A stretch of DNA of 64,000 nucleotides from Epithemia pelagica. Its lineage: Eukaryota > Protista > Bacillariophyta. The notes below the pieces were generated by a model that saw nothing but the letters and a program-made list of their open reading frames with translations, was not told the origin of the DNA and did not search any database. Position 1 is the stretch's first letter. Every line of letters starts with the position of its first letter. Below are positions 1-10,336 of the stretch, piece by piece. The position numbers and the translations under genes are program-made. The stretch is from assembly GCA_946965045.2 (NCBI GenBank), contig OX337232.1:1178001-1242000 (forward strand). Direction: 5' to 3'.

Positions 1-271
1 GATTGGCATCCTCCTCCTCTTCTCCTTCGGAATACACATCGTCGTCGTCTCGGTGACTCCACAACAAGAGTGTCTTATCAAAGGAAGCACTGCACAAGGT
101 ACTTCCATTGGGAGAATATTCCAACGCATAGACTGATCCAGTATGGCCCGTCAATTGCATGGTTGGACTGGGCAAGGACGACGAACGAAGATAGGAAGAA
201 GTGGTAGGACGAATCACCATGGCCAAGGAATCTTCTCCTCGAGGACGTTTCTTACTACTGGAAGTATTCAT
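1..271 (-). CDS. SNRNP40: U5 snRNP 40-kDa WD40 protein, N-terminal part; runs off the left edge and is absent from the ORF track
   Basis: Manual translation from ATG at 271: MNTSSSKKRPRGEDSLAMVIRPTTSSYLRSSSLPSPTMQLTGHTGSVYALEYSPNGSTLCSASFDKTLLLWSH. This matches the recalled SNRNP40 first WD40 repeat (SSLQAPIMLLSGHEGEVY..FHPNGSTLASAGFDRLILLW). Confidence 0.8.
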   Translation of the reverse strand, partial: MNTSSSKKRPRGEDSLAMVIRPTTSSYLRSSSLPSPTMQLTGHTGSVYALEYSPNGSTLCSASFDKTLLLWSHRDDDDVYSEGEEEEDAN

Positions 272-491
272 TGGGAAAGCAGTAGTTGAAGGATCTGAGG
301 ATCGTATGAGGGAGCACCGTTCCTGTAGTGTTGTTCTTGTCGCGATTATGCGGCGTAGGCCATGGCGGCGAAAGGAATCGACAACCGTCTGTCTGTCTAT
401 CAGGCTAGCTGCTCTACACCTATCTTCCGCCTTTCCTCTAGCGCTAGTTTTCCTCAACAAATCTCCCTGTAGACAGATTTGACGTTTGACG

Positions 492-628
492 ATGTCATTT
501 TCGTCCCCACGCGACGCGAATAAGTTTCCCTTATCAGATGAAGACAATAGGGTTTATGTCAGCACCCTTATCGACGACGAGAAGGTTGTCGAACACGTTC
601 TCTGCCTGGCCAAGAACGAAGATGACCC
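492..628 (+). pseudogene. 5' part of an unknown ORF interrupted by the outer retrotransposon
   Basis: ATG at 492 (MSFSSPRDANKF...KNEDD). Removing 629-15314 rejoins it in frame to PPIVFGWNDSNF at 15315. Confidence 0.35.
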
Positions 629-1083
629 TGTTGTTTTTCACTACTGTCGAGTAACGAAAAAGAGCTCTTTTGCAAAATTGTGTGTTTCTAGATTATCGTG
701 TGCAAGCTATGAATCGCTCCTGCTCATGCGTTGAGCGTTGACTCGTAGATTGGTGCGTTGATCGACCAAATTGGCGGTCCCAATTGTTTATGGACGACCT
801 TGCTGCCTCTTCTGAGATTCGTGGCTCCCTAAGTGGCGTCCGCTTACTTAGGAGCCAGTACCGTTATTGCTCTGGCCATGGGAGTCGTTGTTTAGAGCGG
901 CATGAGTGTTACATAGCCGTCGTCCAAAACCCATGTTGAGATGCGTCGTCCGTCTTTGTTGATTTGTGATTTGTGAGAGGCGGCGGTTCAATGATGCGTT
1001 GGGCGTGTTGTGTCATGGGAATTCTGTCTCTGTCCCCATTGTTCCCCACGTGTAGTTATGCCCTTGCGTACAGTATTTGAACA
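629..1083 (-). repeat. 3' LTR of outer element
   Basis: TG...CA ends; no difference seen versus 14854-15308 (constant offset 14225). Confidence 0.97.
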
Positions 1084-1090
1084 CTCCCTC
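1084..1090 (-). other. Polypurine tract of outer element
   Basis: Minus-strand GAGGGAG directly precedes the 3' LTR TGTTC. Confidence 0.75.
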
Positions 1091-1119
1091 ACAGAGCGGT
1101 ATTGTCAGGACTACCAGGA

Positions 1120-2744
1120 CTACCAGCCCATGATAGATTTGCGATGTCGCTCGAAAGTATCCTTGTCCAAGGCTTTGGTGAAGATGTCGGCAGTTTGTAG
1201 CTCAGTATCACATGGCAATATTGTGATCAGTTTCTGTTCCACATATTCCTTGAAGTGGAAGAGTTTTGTACACAGATAGCGTGTTCGAGGACGATATTTG
1301 TGAACGGTTGCTAATTCGAACGCTCCATTGTTGTCCTCAAACGCTCGGCAATGCACTCTTGGTTGCGTCGATATGACCTTGTATCCCCGCGTTTTCATTT
1401 CCTTGGTGATATGCATCAGTGGGATAACCGTCCGTAGTGACGTCGACAGACTAATGATCTCGGCCTCGGTTGTGGAAAGAGCAATCTCAGTCTGTAATTT
1501 AGAAGCCCACACAATAGGGCAGCCCCCGTAGAAGATGATATAGCCGGTACGAGATCGTGCCATATCCGTCCTGGGCGTATCAGTTTTGTTGAAGTTCCCA
1601 CAAAAATCCGCATCGGCATAGACATCGAAGTTGGCATCTTCTTGTGGATTCAGTAGTATGCCGCGAGTACGGGTCGACGCAAGATAGCGTCCGATTTGCT
1701 TGACTGCTCTTCCGTGTATTTGCTTTGGATTTGCTGCAAATCTCGCGCATTGGTGCACAGCATACGAAATGTCCGGTCGTGTACTCTTCTCGAGGAAGTT
1801 CAACTTCCCAATCACAGAGCGATAATGGAAGTGTCCGTCGAATGGGTCACCGTCGTCGTCTGAGCGCATCTTTACTGTACTTGCTGCTGGTATGTCTTTT
1901 CCTTGGGCGTCCTCCGGCAATCGTAAGTCATCGAGAATCGAATCAATTAGTCGTGTCTGGGATAGATGCATCTGACCCGATTCCTGTTTTGTGATATGGA
2001 CCCCTAAGAAATCTTCAACCCCGTCTTCATATGTCATCTTAAGCCCGATCTCTTCTAACTTGGCGATGATGCGATTCAGTTCTTCTGGATCCGGCCCTGT
2101 AAGAATTGAGTCATCTGTATACAATATGTATATGCTTTGGCCGTGATAAAACAGGCATTCGTCATGAGAGCTTTGTGTGAATCCTGCCTTCTCGAGCTGT
2201 TGTACCAGATGTTTGTTCCATACACGTGCTGCTTGCTTCTGTCCGTAGTAATTACGCCGAATTTTGAGTACATAGTCTTCAGCCTTTTGTTCACCCTTAG
2301 TGTCGAAGGTAAAAGCCTTTGGTGCCTCCATGTACATATCCGTCTCGGCCATTGCTTGAGTGTACGCTAGGACGTAGTCGACCTGTTTAATAGCCCATCC
2401 TTGCGCCAGAGCGGTAGTTAGAACATAGCGTACAACAGGCCATTGGACAACAGGGGCATAGGTCTCCCAATAGTTGACCCCCTTTATTTGTCCGGACCCA
2501 TCAAAAGCTAGTCGTGATTTCCACTTGTAAATTTCCCCGGTCTCTAGCCTGCGCTTCCGCATGCAGCTCCAGACAGCGCGAGTAATATAGCTACCGGGAG
2601 GAATGTCTTTTCGGCGTACGATCTCCCACAATCCATTTTCCGTGTGATCTCTGACTTCCTTTTGTGCGGCCTTGATAAATTCGTGGCGATCTGGTTGCTG
2701 CATGGCTTCGTGCCAATACATAACGTCAGGATTCTTCTGTGCTT
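1120..2744 (-). CDS. pol: Outer pol, C-terminal half: reverse transcriptase and RNase H
   Basis: Copia RT motifs (WKSRLAFDG, QVDYVLAYTQA, YGQKQAARVW, LYTDD) and RNase H motifs (YADADFCG, STTEAEI, FEDNNGA, ADIFTKAL). In frame with 11134-13552 once the inner element and one TSD copy are removed (SMTA|QAQKNPDVMYWHEA). Confidence 0.95.
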
Positions 2745-2749
2745 GCGCC

Positions 2750-3532
2750 TGTTACAATTCTTTCTGAATCGTAGGGACATTGATGCTCGGTAGAGCAGAC
2801 AATCAGGTAGGTCACCAACCGATACAAGCTTCTCAGGGTCAGAGAAGCAAGCAAGTCGAAGTCTATCAGAAGGATAGTCGGGACACAAAAGAGGATGTGA
2901 TAAATGGTGATATTGTTAGATTGTGTGTTGATTACTACGATAGGTCTACGTGAAATGTTCGGTCCTGCCAAGGGTCATGTGTCATAGGTTCTTGGCGGCA
3001 ACAGGTTTGGAATAGTTGGAGTTGATTCATGTGATGTATATGACATGTATATGTGGGCGGATAACATATACAGGGTCAACAGCTCTTGCTTTGGGTTGGC
3101 ATAGTTGTTTTCATGGCGCGCAGCTTGTTGACAATTTGGAGATTGTGGGAATGGAAATATGGTCTCGCGTGATCGTGTGTCGTGCTTGGGATACTTAGAC
3201 CGTTGGATCGGATAGATGCCGATAGCGCTCGGATGTCGCTTGGGCGCGCTCGATGATTTCGGGCGCGTACGCTTAGGGCGTTAGTATAATGTCCGAGCAA
3301 CGGCCAAATTTATGTCCGTTGTAATACCGCACGACCCAGTTTAGTCTTGAGAGTGAGTTCGTCAATCTATTCTCACTTTTCATGATTTGCGAAGAAATAT
3401 AGGTCGATATAGCGCGAAGCTAGGAAACATAGCTCGAAGCTAGAGGGCATGATGCGATAGCACGAGGCTATGTGACATGGGGAATCGATGAGATGTAGAA
3501 TCTAACCACCATAGACGGTGAGAATTCTAACA
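2750..3532 (-). repeat. 3' LTR of inner element
   Basis: No difference seen versus 10351-11133 (offset 7601). PPT-like GTGGGGAG precedes it, and the pol stop codon lies 6 nt inside the LTR. Confidence 0.97.
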
Positions 3533-6500
3533 CTCCCCACAACTCGTCGTTTCAGCCTTGTCATCATTGGATTTGTTGAGATCTTGAACTTCTCCTTTCC
3601 AAAACAACAATGGCTTGAGCATGGGCCAAATAGATACGAAATCCCAATGTTTGCTAAGGATATCGGCAGGGTTGGTCTTTCCATCTTTCCAGTAGAATGC
3701 AACATACTTTGCTGCGATGGCTTCACGAACTCGGTGGTATGACAGAAGATGGTGTCTCTTGGATAGTATGGAGTGAGGAATGGTTGCATTGAGCACAACA
3801 GATCTGTTATCTCCGTACAAGTAACTTCGCTCTCGGATAGGTACTCCAAGGTAGCGGAGAGAATGTCGTAATTCTGTAATCTGATCTATTGCTGTCCTTG
3901 CAGCCACAAACTCGGATCCATAGGTAGCAGTTTCCACCGTGCTCTGTCTCTTGCTGTACCAGTCAATAGGTGTTCCGTTCAACAAATGTAGAACAGCAGT
4001 GACGGATTTACCAGTGACTATGTCATGCATGAGATTGGCATCAACATAATGAGTTGTGGTAACATAGCGGCCAAGAGGTGCTGGGCAGTCTTCAGGAATA
4101 CGTTCACTTGCATTCGAATAGACAGTGCGAGTCCAATCAAATTCTTGGGTAGGAAGACTTGAATAATCAGGCTCTCCAATCCTAAATCTGATTGCGCCTT
4201 CTGGGAGATGTGCAAGGTATCCATAGATACGCTTGGCTCTATCAAGATGTCCTTTCCTCGGAGCAGCACGAAAGCGTGATAGCGTCATTGTAGCGGTGAA
4301 GACGTCGAAACGACCAATAGTGATCACCCATTGGAGTTGTCCAATCAGAGTTTGGAAATGGCTAGTACCTTCTTCATCAAGGAGCTCAGAATCATCCAAT
4401 TCAGGATGGTCTCCACCAATAAGAGGTGTTTTGGCTTTCTTGGGTTTCTCCTTGAAGATTCGTTCGAAAGTGTCCATCATCTTACCAATGTAGCGTCTTG
4501 GATCTGCTACGAATGTTCCATCAGAATCCTTGGTGTAACAACATCCCAAATGGAAATCAATAGGTCCATCTCCTTTGAGTTTGAAGTTGTATTTCTCCTT
4601 CAGGATCTTGCAGATATTCCCAGGATCAGTAGAAATAATGGCTAAGTCATCAACGTATACGGCAATGTATTCGTAACAGTCTTCTCCAGGTGCTTTCCTC
4701 ATCCAGATATCCGGATCTGCTTTGCTTGGTGAAAATCCCATGTCTGTCAAAACATCGAACAAGACATCATGCCAGCGTGCGCCTGATGACTTCAATCCAT
4801 AAAGTGCCTTGTATATAATCAGGATGTGACCTTCTAATTCCTTGAATTCAGGTCCTGCGACAATGAAAATTTTCTCCCCTGTCAAGGCTTCCAGATATGC
4901 ATTTCCAATATCTGCTCCCCATATTTCCAAGTCATTCAAAGTACCCAGGAATAAGGCAATGCGGAGGTTGCGAATGGAAACAACACCTGAATAGATTGTC
5001 TCAACAGGTTCTTTTGTGAGATGTCCATCTGCGACAAGTCTTGCTTTATGTCGTCCATCATGTTTTACGTCAAAGACAAGATGCACACGTATCTTATGAT
5101 ATCCTTCAGGTGCATTGGATACTTTCCCTTTAATGAAGATGGCTTTCCCAAAATCCTTGAATGTCTTGTAGGACTGGATCTGTGACAATTCTAATTCTGT
5201 TGCATCCTGCCACTTTGTGTTGCCATGTTGTTTATCAAGAGCAACAGCTTCCTCATAATTGCGTGGTACTTGAAATCCAAACTTATACTTGACGGAATGG
5301 TGAACTTGTTTAATCCTTGACTGTTTGGCTGCTCGAATGAGACGTTTGCTTGTTTTGACATAACGTTTCAAATGCTTCCATCCAGGTTCGTTGAGTAAAC
5401 CATGTTTCTTTCCATAAATTGCTACAGTGATCGGATCATCATTGGCGATGAGTGATAAAGGTTCATAGGTAGTCTCCCCAGTTTCCCAATCAACAAGCAA
5501 ATTATATTTGCTCCCCTTGTAATCTGGATCAGTTGTGTTCAGTGGGCCTTGATGGGCAATGACATCCCTGAACCTGAAAAGATTATCTCCAGAGGTTTGA
5601 GCTTGGTTATCTCGTTCGATATACTCCATGAGTTGATTATAGGATATCATCTCATCAACATCAGAATTTGTCTTTCGGTAAATGTACTTGACACGTTCTT
5701 CCTGTTTCGTTGCTTCTTCATTAAGATCAATGACTCGTTTGATGACACGTGCACGGTGTCGCTCCCCATTTTCTTCTGTGTCGCATAGGAATGTGCGTCC
5801 TATCATGTCGTCAAAATCGATCGTGGGCATTGGTTTGGATGGATCTTCACTATCACTGCGAATGAAGACAGTGTCAGCTTGCTTATCATTGTCATCCTTC
5901 TCAGACGAATCCTCCCCTGAAGGTCGATCCACACGTAGGTTAGGTGTAGTGGATTCAACACGGCGAACGGCAGAACGATAGATTATCTGGTTATCCTGGG
6001 TGAGAATTTTCCAAGTAAAAGAATCACCAACGTTGTGAGCAAAACCAACCCAGTGGCCAAGTTTCTCATCAGAAGAAGATGGATATGAACCGGAATTGGG
6101 TTCAGCGGGGTCGACACGGTAGTAAACCTCATCCCAGAAAGGAAAGAACAAGAGATGAGTAATGTCGGGTGGGCGACCGGAGAGAGCCTCAAGAGGAGTG
6201 CGACCGGAGTGGGTGGGTGATGACGTATGGTTCAATAAGTCACAGACATACTCAAGGCAAAGAAGCCAGGTGTTGGCAGGGTAACCAGTGGCATTCATGA
6301 GAGCGTTGGTCATACGTTTAACGGTCTGATAACGGTTTTCAGCCTTATTCTGGTGTTGATGATAAGGTTCAGATCGATACTCCCCAATAAGCAAAGTGCG
6401 AAGAATGTCTTTGACCTTTTGAGAGATGAGAGATGAACCACCATCACTGATAAGGGTCTCCATGGCACCACGAAACCGGATGTTATCCTGGAGAGTATTG

Positions 6501-9214
6501 ACAAACTGTTTGGTCGACTTGATCCCATAGATATCAGTAACCAGAGTATCTCGACCAACAAAGATTTGTGCGACTTTACCGCCATGGTCAACAGCAGGGG
6601 TGTCGGAGAAAACCGAGTCAGTAGCAACGGGTTCATGACGTCGAGGTATATTAAGGACCGGATTGCGAGCCTTGAAATGTTTCTTGAGGGTGTCGTGGTC
6701 AAAAGTAATGCTACCATTACGTGTAGTGTGCTTGAACGTATCGGCAATAACATCGTCAGATTGCCAACCAAAGAATGGACGGAACTTCTTCCAGTCATAC
6801 GCTTCCTGGTAACGACGGTGGACAGAGGCATGAAGTGTAGGATCATTACCTTCTGCGTCAGCATAGATAGAAAAGAAGGGTGCGTCGTCAGGTCCATGAT
6901 CATATGGGAGATCCAAAAGGAGATTGAGGTTACAAACAACACGATCAGTGTACTCCCCATAGTTGTCATATGGATGGTTCGACATACTACCATCAGTCTT
7001 GACGTGTTTCCAATCAGGATCATTGTCAGAGGGTGTGGGAGAATACGAATGGTCCAGAACACCAGGATCCCATGTGTCGGGTGACGTGAAGATGATCTGA
7101 GGTAAGGTATCCATGTCATCGTCGCTGGGGATACCCAAGGAGTGGATGTAGGCTAACCCATCCTTGATGTGAAGGGGTATGGCACGACCATCAAGTGTAG
7201 TGATGCGTTGTTTACCATCAACTTTAACAGATCGTTCATCAACAGCAAGTCCGAAATGCTCGAATTGACCAGGAGCATGGATAGATAAGCCCTTCCCATA
7301 ATAAGCATATTCATTGAAGATGCCGACAATAGGTCCATCATTGGTCTCAAACTTTGCGGCACATGTGACGACAGGAAGCCCAGTAAGTTCATGGTTATCA
7401 ATACCCACAATAGTGATATGACGGCCAGTCTTAGAAAGGATGCGCATGTCAGAACCAGCAAGTCCTCCATTAGCACCACGGTCAATCAATTGATTCCCTG
7501 GTAAAGTAGATTTCCTGGAAAACAGATAGCGTGGGACATGTCCTGCTTGTTTATGCATGTTGGCTTTGAAAGTAACCTTCTTGCTTGTCTTGGACTTGGC
7601 GTTAGAAAGAACACTAGTCAGGTCAGTTGCCGGGTGATTGATATCAGTCGTCATGGCTTGGTTGATAAATTGTGTAACCGGATCTGAATCATCTGAATGC
7701 TCAGGGACTACGCCAGGTGAGTCGTCATCAGATGCAACTTGGTTGGGGTCAGGATCAGGTTCCGGATCAATGTCGAGGGCATGTGTTTGCACTGTCCTCG
7801 GTGTTGTTGATGAAGGTGCTTGAATCATCTTGTTATACTCAATGATCAACTTGCGATCTTCTTCAGAAAGTTTGAACCATAGGTCACGCGGTAGACTAAC
7901 CTTGGACGAAGAGGATGGAGATTCAGATGTCGCTTTGGTGTTGTGGACATGATACTCCATATCATCTTGTGAGGTTATGTCAGCATCTGTATCTTGGCCA
8001 TATAGTGATTCATGTTGTTTGACATGTCGACGGCGACTATGAACAGATGACTGGGTTGCTTGATCATGGTCATAAGCTGCGTCTAGAAGGAGACGGAAGT
8101 ATGATTGATAGCAAAGGGATTTTGCACCGGATTTGGTGTTCACCACATTATCCAAGATCTTGACTCGGCGGAGATCAGGTACCTTTTCTACAGCTTGCAT
8201 GAGGAAGGTCATCCTGGTATGATCAGGGATGCGATCAGACAATGTCACTAAATTGTCTAGCAAACGTAGCTGCTCTTGAAAGTGTAGAAGAAATTGACGT
8301 GTTGTTCCGCGCCATGTGTCGTCAAGACGTAGATTGGAAATGTAGTTGGTTAAGCGGAGGACTTCTCGCTTTGCTAGGTCGGATTCGGTATGCAAAGAGT
8401 GTAACTTCTGCAATACGGCACGCGCATCTTCGTCATGTTCATGTTCACGTACATAGGCTCGACCTTGGTCAGTCTGAATGATACGGACAAGAACGGAGTA
8501 AAGAAATACTTGTTGCTCTTGAAAAAGTTCTTCGGCATACTCATCATCATGGGGTGGTGTGTATTTGAAATTCAGGACGTTGGATAGGCCTTGAGCCTTA
8601 GCTGTAGTCTTGAATACACGCCAGAATGAATCGTAGTATCGTTCATCCTTGAATACCTCGTATGCAGTTGCGTCGCGCTTAGTTCCCTTTCTGAATGCTG
8701 TAAGGTCTTGTTGAGATTGGGATGCGGCAGTAACTGTGCTGACAGATTTCACAGATGACGGTGACTTCATTGGCGAGACTGGGACTTGACTAGGTGGTCC
8801 CTTAGAGAAATCTGTGTTGATCCTCCAAGTGTTGAACTCTTTCCTCGTTAGATTCATCCAGTCGCTATTGGATAGCTCGTCTTGAATTTCATTGGTCTTG
8901 TATGTGGCCCAATAAGCCAAGAGCTTGATCTGCTGTCTTGTGGGGCCTTGTAGATCATGTGTCTGTTTGTTGACCTTGTATTGTGTCAGTTCCTTCATGG
9001 ATTCCTCGGTATTAGTTTGCATATACGAGATAACATGGGTAATGTTCTCAAAACCATGGTATTTCATCCACTTCATTAAGTAGTCGGCCCTTTCTTTGGT
9101 GAAGAATTGGCAGACAGTAAATATGATGTGGTCGAATAGGTCTGTGTCCGAGACATTGTCTTGGTTATCTTCTCCCTTAGGAGTCGTAGGTGTCTTGGGT
9201 GATTGAGGATCCAT
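3527..9214 (-). CDS. gag-pol: Inner Gag-Pol polyprotein (Gag, PR, IN, chromodomain-like, RT, RNase H)
   Basis: PR LIDRGANGG; IN DSVF...LISDGG...SEPYHQHQNKAENRY; RT HKARLVADG, ADIGNAYL, YGLKSSGARW, YVDDL; RH YVDANL, YGSEFVA, DNRSVV, ADILSKH. Confidence 0.97.
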   Translation of the reverse strand: MDPQSPKTPTTPKGEDNQDNVSDTDLFDHIIFTVCQFFTKERADYLMKWMKYHGFENITHVISYMQTNTEESMKELTQYKVNKQTHDLQGPTRQQIKLLAYWATYKTNEIQDELSNSDWMNLTRKEFNTWRINTDFSKGPPSQVPVSPMKSPSSVKSVSTVTAASQSQQDLTAFRKGTKRDATAYEVFKDERYYDSFWRVFKTTAKAQGLSNVLNFKYTPPHDDEYAEELFQEQQVFLYSVLVRIIQTDQGRAYVREHEHDEDARAVLQKLHSLHTESDLAKREVLRLTNYISNLRLDDTWRGTTRQFLLHFQEQLRLLDNLVTLSDRIPDHTRMTFLMQAVEKVPDLRRVKILDNVVNTKSGAKSLCYQSYFRLLLDAAYDHDQATQSSVHSRRRHVKQHESLYGQDTDADITSQDDMEYHVHNTKATSESPSSSSKVSLPRDLWFKLSEEDRKLIIEYNKMIQAPSSTTPRTVQTHALDIDPEPDPDPNQVASDDDSPGVVPEHSDDSDPVTQFINQAMTTDINHPATDLTSVLSNAKSKTSKKVTFKANMHKQAGHVPRYLFSRKSTLPGNQLIDRGANGGLAGSDMRILSKTGRHITIVGIDNHELTGLPVVTCAAKFETNDGPIVGIFNEYAYYGKGLSIHAPGQFEHFGLAVDERSVKVDGKQRITTLDGRAIPLHIKDGLAYIHSLGIPSDDDMDTLPQIIFTSPDTWDPGVLDHSYSPTPSDNDPDWKHVKTDGSMSNHPYDNYGEYTDRVVCNLNLLLDLPYDHGPDDAPFFSIYADAEGNDPTLHASVHRRYQEAYDWKKFRPFFGWQSDDVIADTFKHTTRNGSITFDHDTLKKHFKARNPVLNIPRRHEPVATDSVFSDTPAVDHGGKVAQIFVGRDTLVTDIYGIKSTKQFVNTLQDNIRFRGAMETLISDGGSSLISQKVKDILRTLLIGEYRSEPYHQHQNKAENRYQTVKRMTNALMNATGYPANTWLLCLEYVCDLLNHTSSPTHSGRTPLEALSGRPPDITHLLFFPFWDEVYYRVDPAEPNSGSYPSSSDEKLGHWVGFAHNVGDSFTWKILTQDNQIIYRSAVRRVESTTPNLRVDRPSGEDSSEKDDNDKQADTVFIRSDSEDPSKPMPTIDFDDMIGRTFLCDTEENGERHRARVIKRVIDLNEEATKQEERVKYIYRKTNSDVDEMISYNQLMEYIERDNQAQTSGDNLFRFRDVIAHQGPLNTTDPDYKGSKYNLLVDWETGETTYEPLSLIANDDPITVAIYGKKHGLLNEPGWKHLKRYVKTSKRLIRAAKQSRIKQVHHSVKYKFGFQVPRNYEEAVALDKQHGNTKWQDATELELSQIQSYKTFKDFGKAIFIKGKVSNAPEGYHKIRVHLVFDVKHDGRHKARLVADGHLTKEPVETIYSGVVSIRNLRIALFLGTLNDLEIWGADIGNAYLEALTGEKIFIVAGPEFKELEGHILIIYKALYGLKSSGARWHDVLFDVLTDMGFSPSKADPDIWMRKAPGEDCYEYIAVYVDDLAIISTDPGNICKILKEKYNFKLKGDGPIDFHLGCCYTKDSDGTFVADPRRYIGKMMDTFERIFKEKPKKAKTPLIGGDHPELDDSELLDEEGTSHFQTLIGQLQWVITIGRFDVFTATMTLSRFRAAPRKGHLDRAKRIYGYLAHLPEGAIRFRIGEPDYSSLPTQEFDWTRTVYSNASERIPEDCPAPLGRYVTTTHYVDANLMHDIVTGKSVTAVLHLLNGTPIDWYSKRQSTVETATYGSEFVAARTAIDQITELRHSLRYLGVPIRERSYLYGDNRSVVLNATIPHSILSKRHHLLSYHRVREAIAAKYVAFYWKDGKTNPADILSKHWDFVSIWPMLKPLLFWKGEVQDLNKSNDDKAETTSCGEC

Positions 9215-9534
9215 GGTGTTATTTGGTTGGTTCGATGTTTATTTAATGTGCGGTGTGATGTGGTTTATTTAATGTGTGATGTGATGTGAACCCGGATGTA
9301 CCACGTGTGCCACGTATGTACCACGTATGTGATACCCGGATGTGTGTTGTGATGTGCGACTCCTGGAAATTTCCGTTGATTTCGACAAATTTTCGCCGAG
9401 TTTCAACAAATTTTCGCCGAATTTTCGCGATTTGACGGGAATGTGTGGCGTGTTGTGCGACCAAGGGTACCCGGATGTGCGTTGAGTTTAAGTCTTGGAA
9501 AGGTTTTGAGAGGACGGGAGTTAACTATGAGTAA

Positions 9535-10314
9535 TTAAGCTTCGGTCTCCGAATCCTCACCCTCTTCCGAATGATCAGAGTCGCTTCCAGGCTCAGATGG
9601 GGCAGCACAAGCAACAGAAGAAGGGGAATCACCTTCAGCCAGGTGGTTCTCGACCTCGGCACGCAAAGGGTAGATAGTTGCACGATGGTCCTCGATGGTA
9701 TGGACCTCGTGGATGTAGGCAACGTAGTTATCTAGGCGTACAACGTTAGGAGGCAGAGGGCAAGTCGTCGCGTTCACGACGTGGATGGTATTGTAGTATC
9801 CAGTTGGGCGCTCGAAGGTTAGGAAGCGGAGGTGGACAGTACGGATGGGGTTGCCCGAGAGGGCGGCAAAGATGAGGCGACGCCTCGGAGAACGATGAAG
9901 TTGTTCGTTCAGACGGTCAATGTCTTCTTGGTCGACGATGTGGGTCACCGATTGGAACTGGCGTTCGATCTGGGTCTCCCCACGGATGATCTCGGGGTCG
10001 AAGGTCGAACAAGTTGGTTGGCGGAAGTACTTGATATGATCAGCAATCAACCGGGTGGTACGACGGGATCGAGAAGGGACGAGCCGACGAGGCGGACTCG
10101 GGGGCCGAAGCAACGGCGCAGGGATTGGAGCGTGAGGCTGGGTTGGAGTCTCGAATGGGTTGCTGTTGGAACTGTCGACGGAGATGTTGACCGATGTGCT
10201 GGCTGCCTTCGGCGTCGGCACCAGTTCCTGCTGCACCAGGGTATCGGGCTGCCCGGGATGCAGGTTGGCTCGATAGATCTGTCGTACAGGAGTGATAATC
10301 TCGTTAGTATCCAT
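9535..10314 (-). CDS. Extra ORF (ORF0, 259 aa) of unknown function between the 5' LTR/PBS and gag
   Basis: ATG 36 nt from the 5' LTR; uninterrupted 259 codons in the element sense; Pro-rich N-terminus, globular-looking middle, acidic tail. Confidence 0.7.
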   Translation of the reverse strand: MDTNEIITPVRQIYRANLHPGQPDTLVQQELVPTPKAASTSVNISVDSSNSNPFETPTQPHAPIPAPLLRPPSPPRRLVPSRSRRTTRLIADHIKYFRQPTCSTFDPEIIRGETQIERQFQSVTHIVDQEDIDRLNEQLHRSPRRRLIFAALSGNPIRTVHLRFLTFERPTGYYNTIHVVNATTCPLPPNVVRLDNYVAYIHEVHTIEDHRATIYPLRAEVENHLAEGDSPSSVACAAPSEPGSDSDHSEEGEDSETEA

Positions 10315-10336
10315 GAAACCACAAGGAAATAAGCTT

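Noticed and set aside
2544-3300. Small ORFs repeated at 10304-10901
   Set aside because: They recur only because they lie within the identical LTRs.
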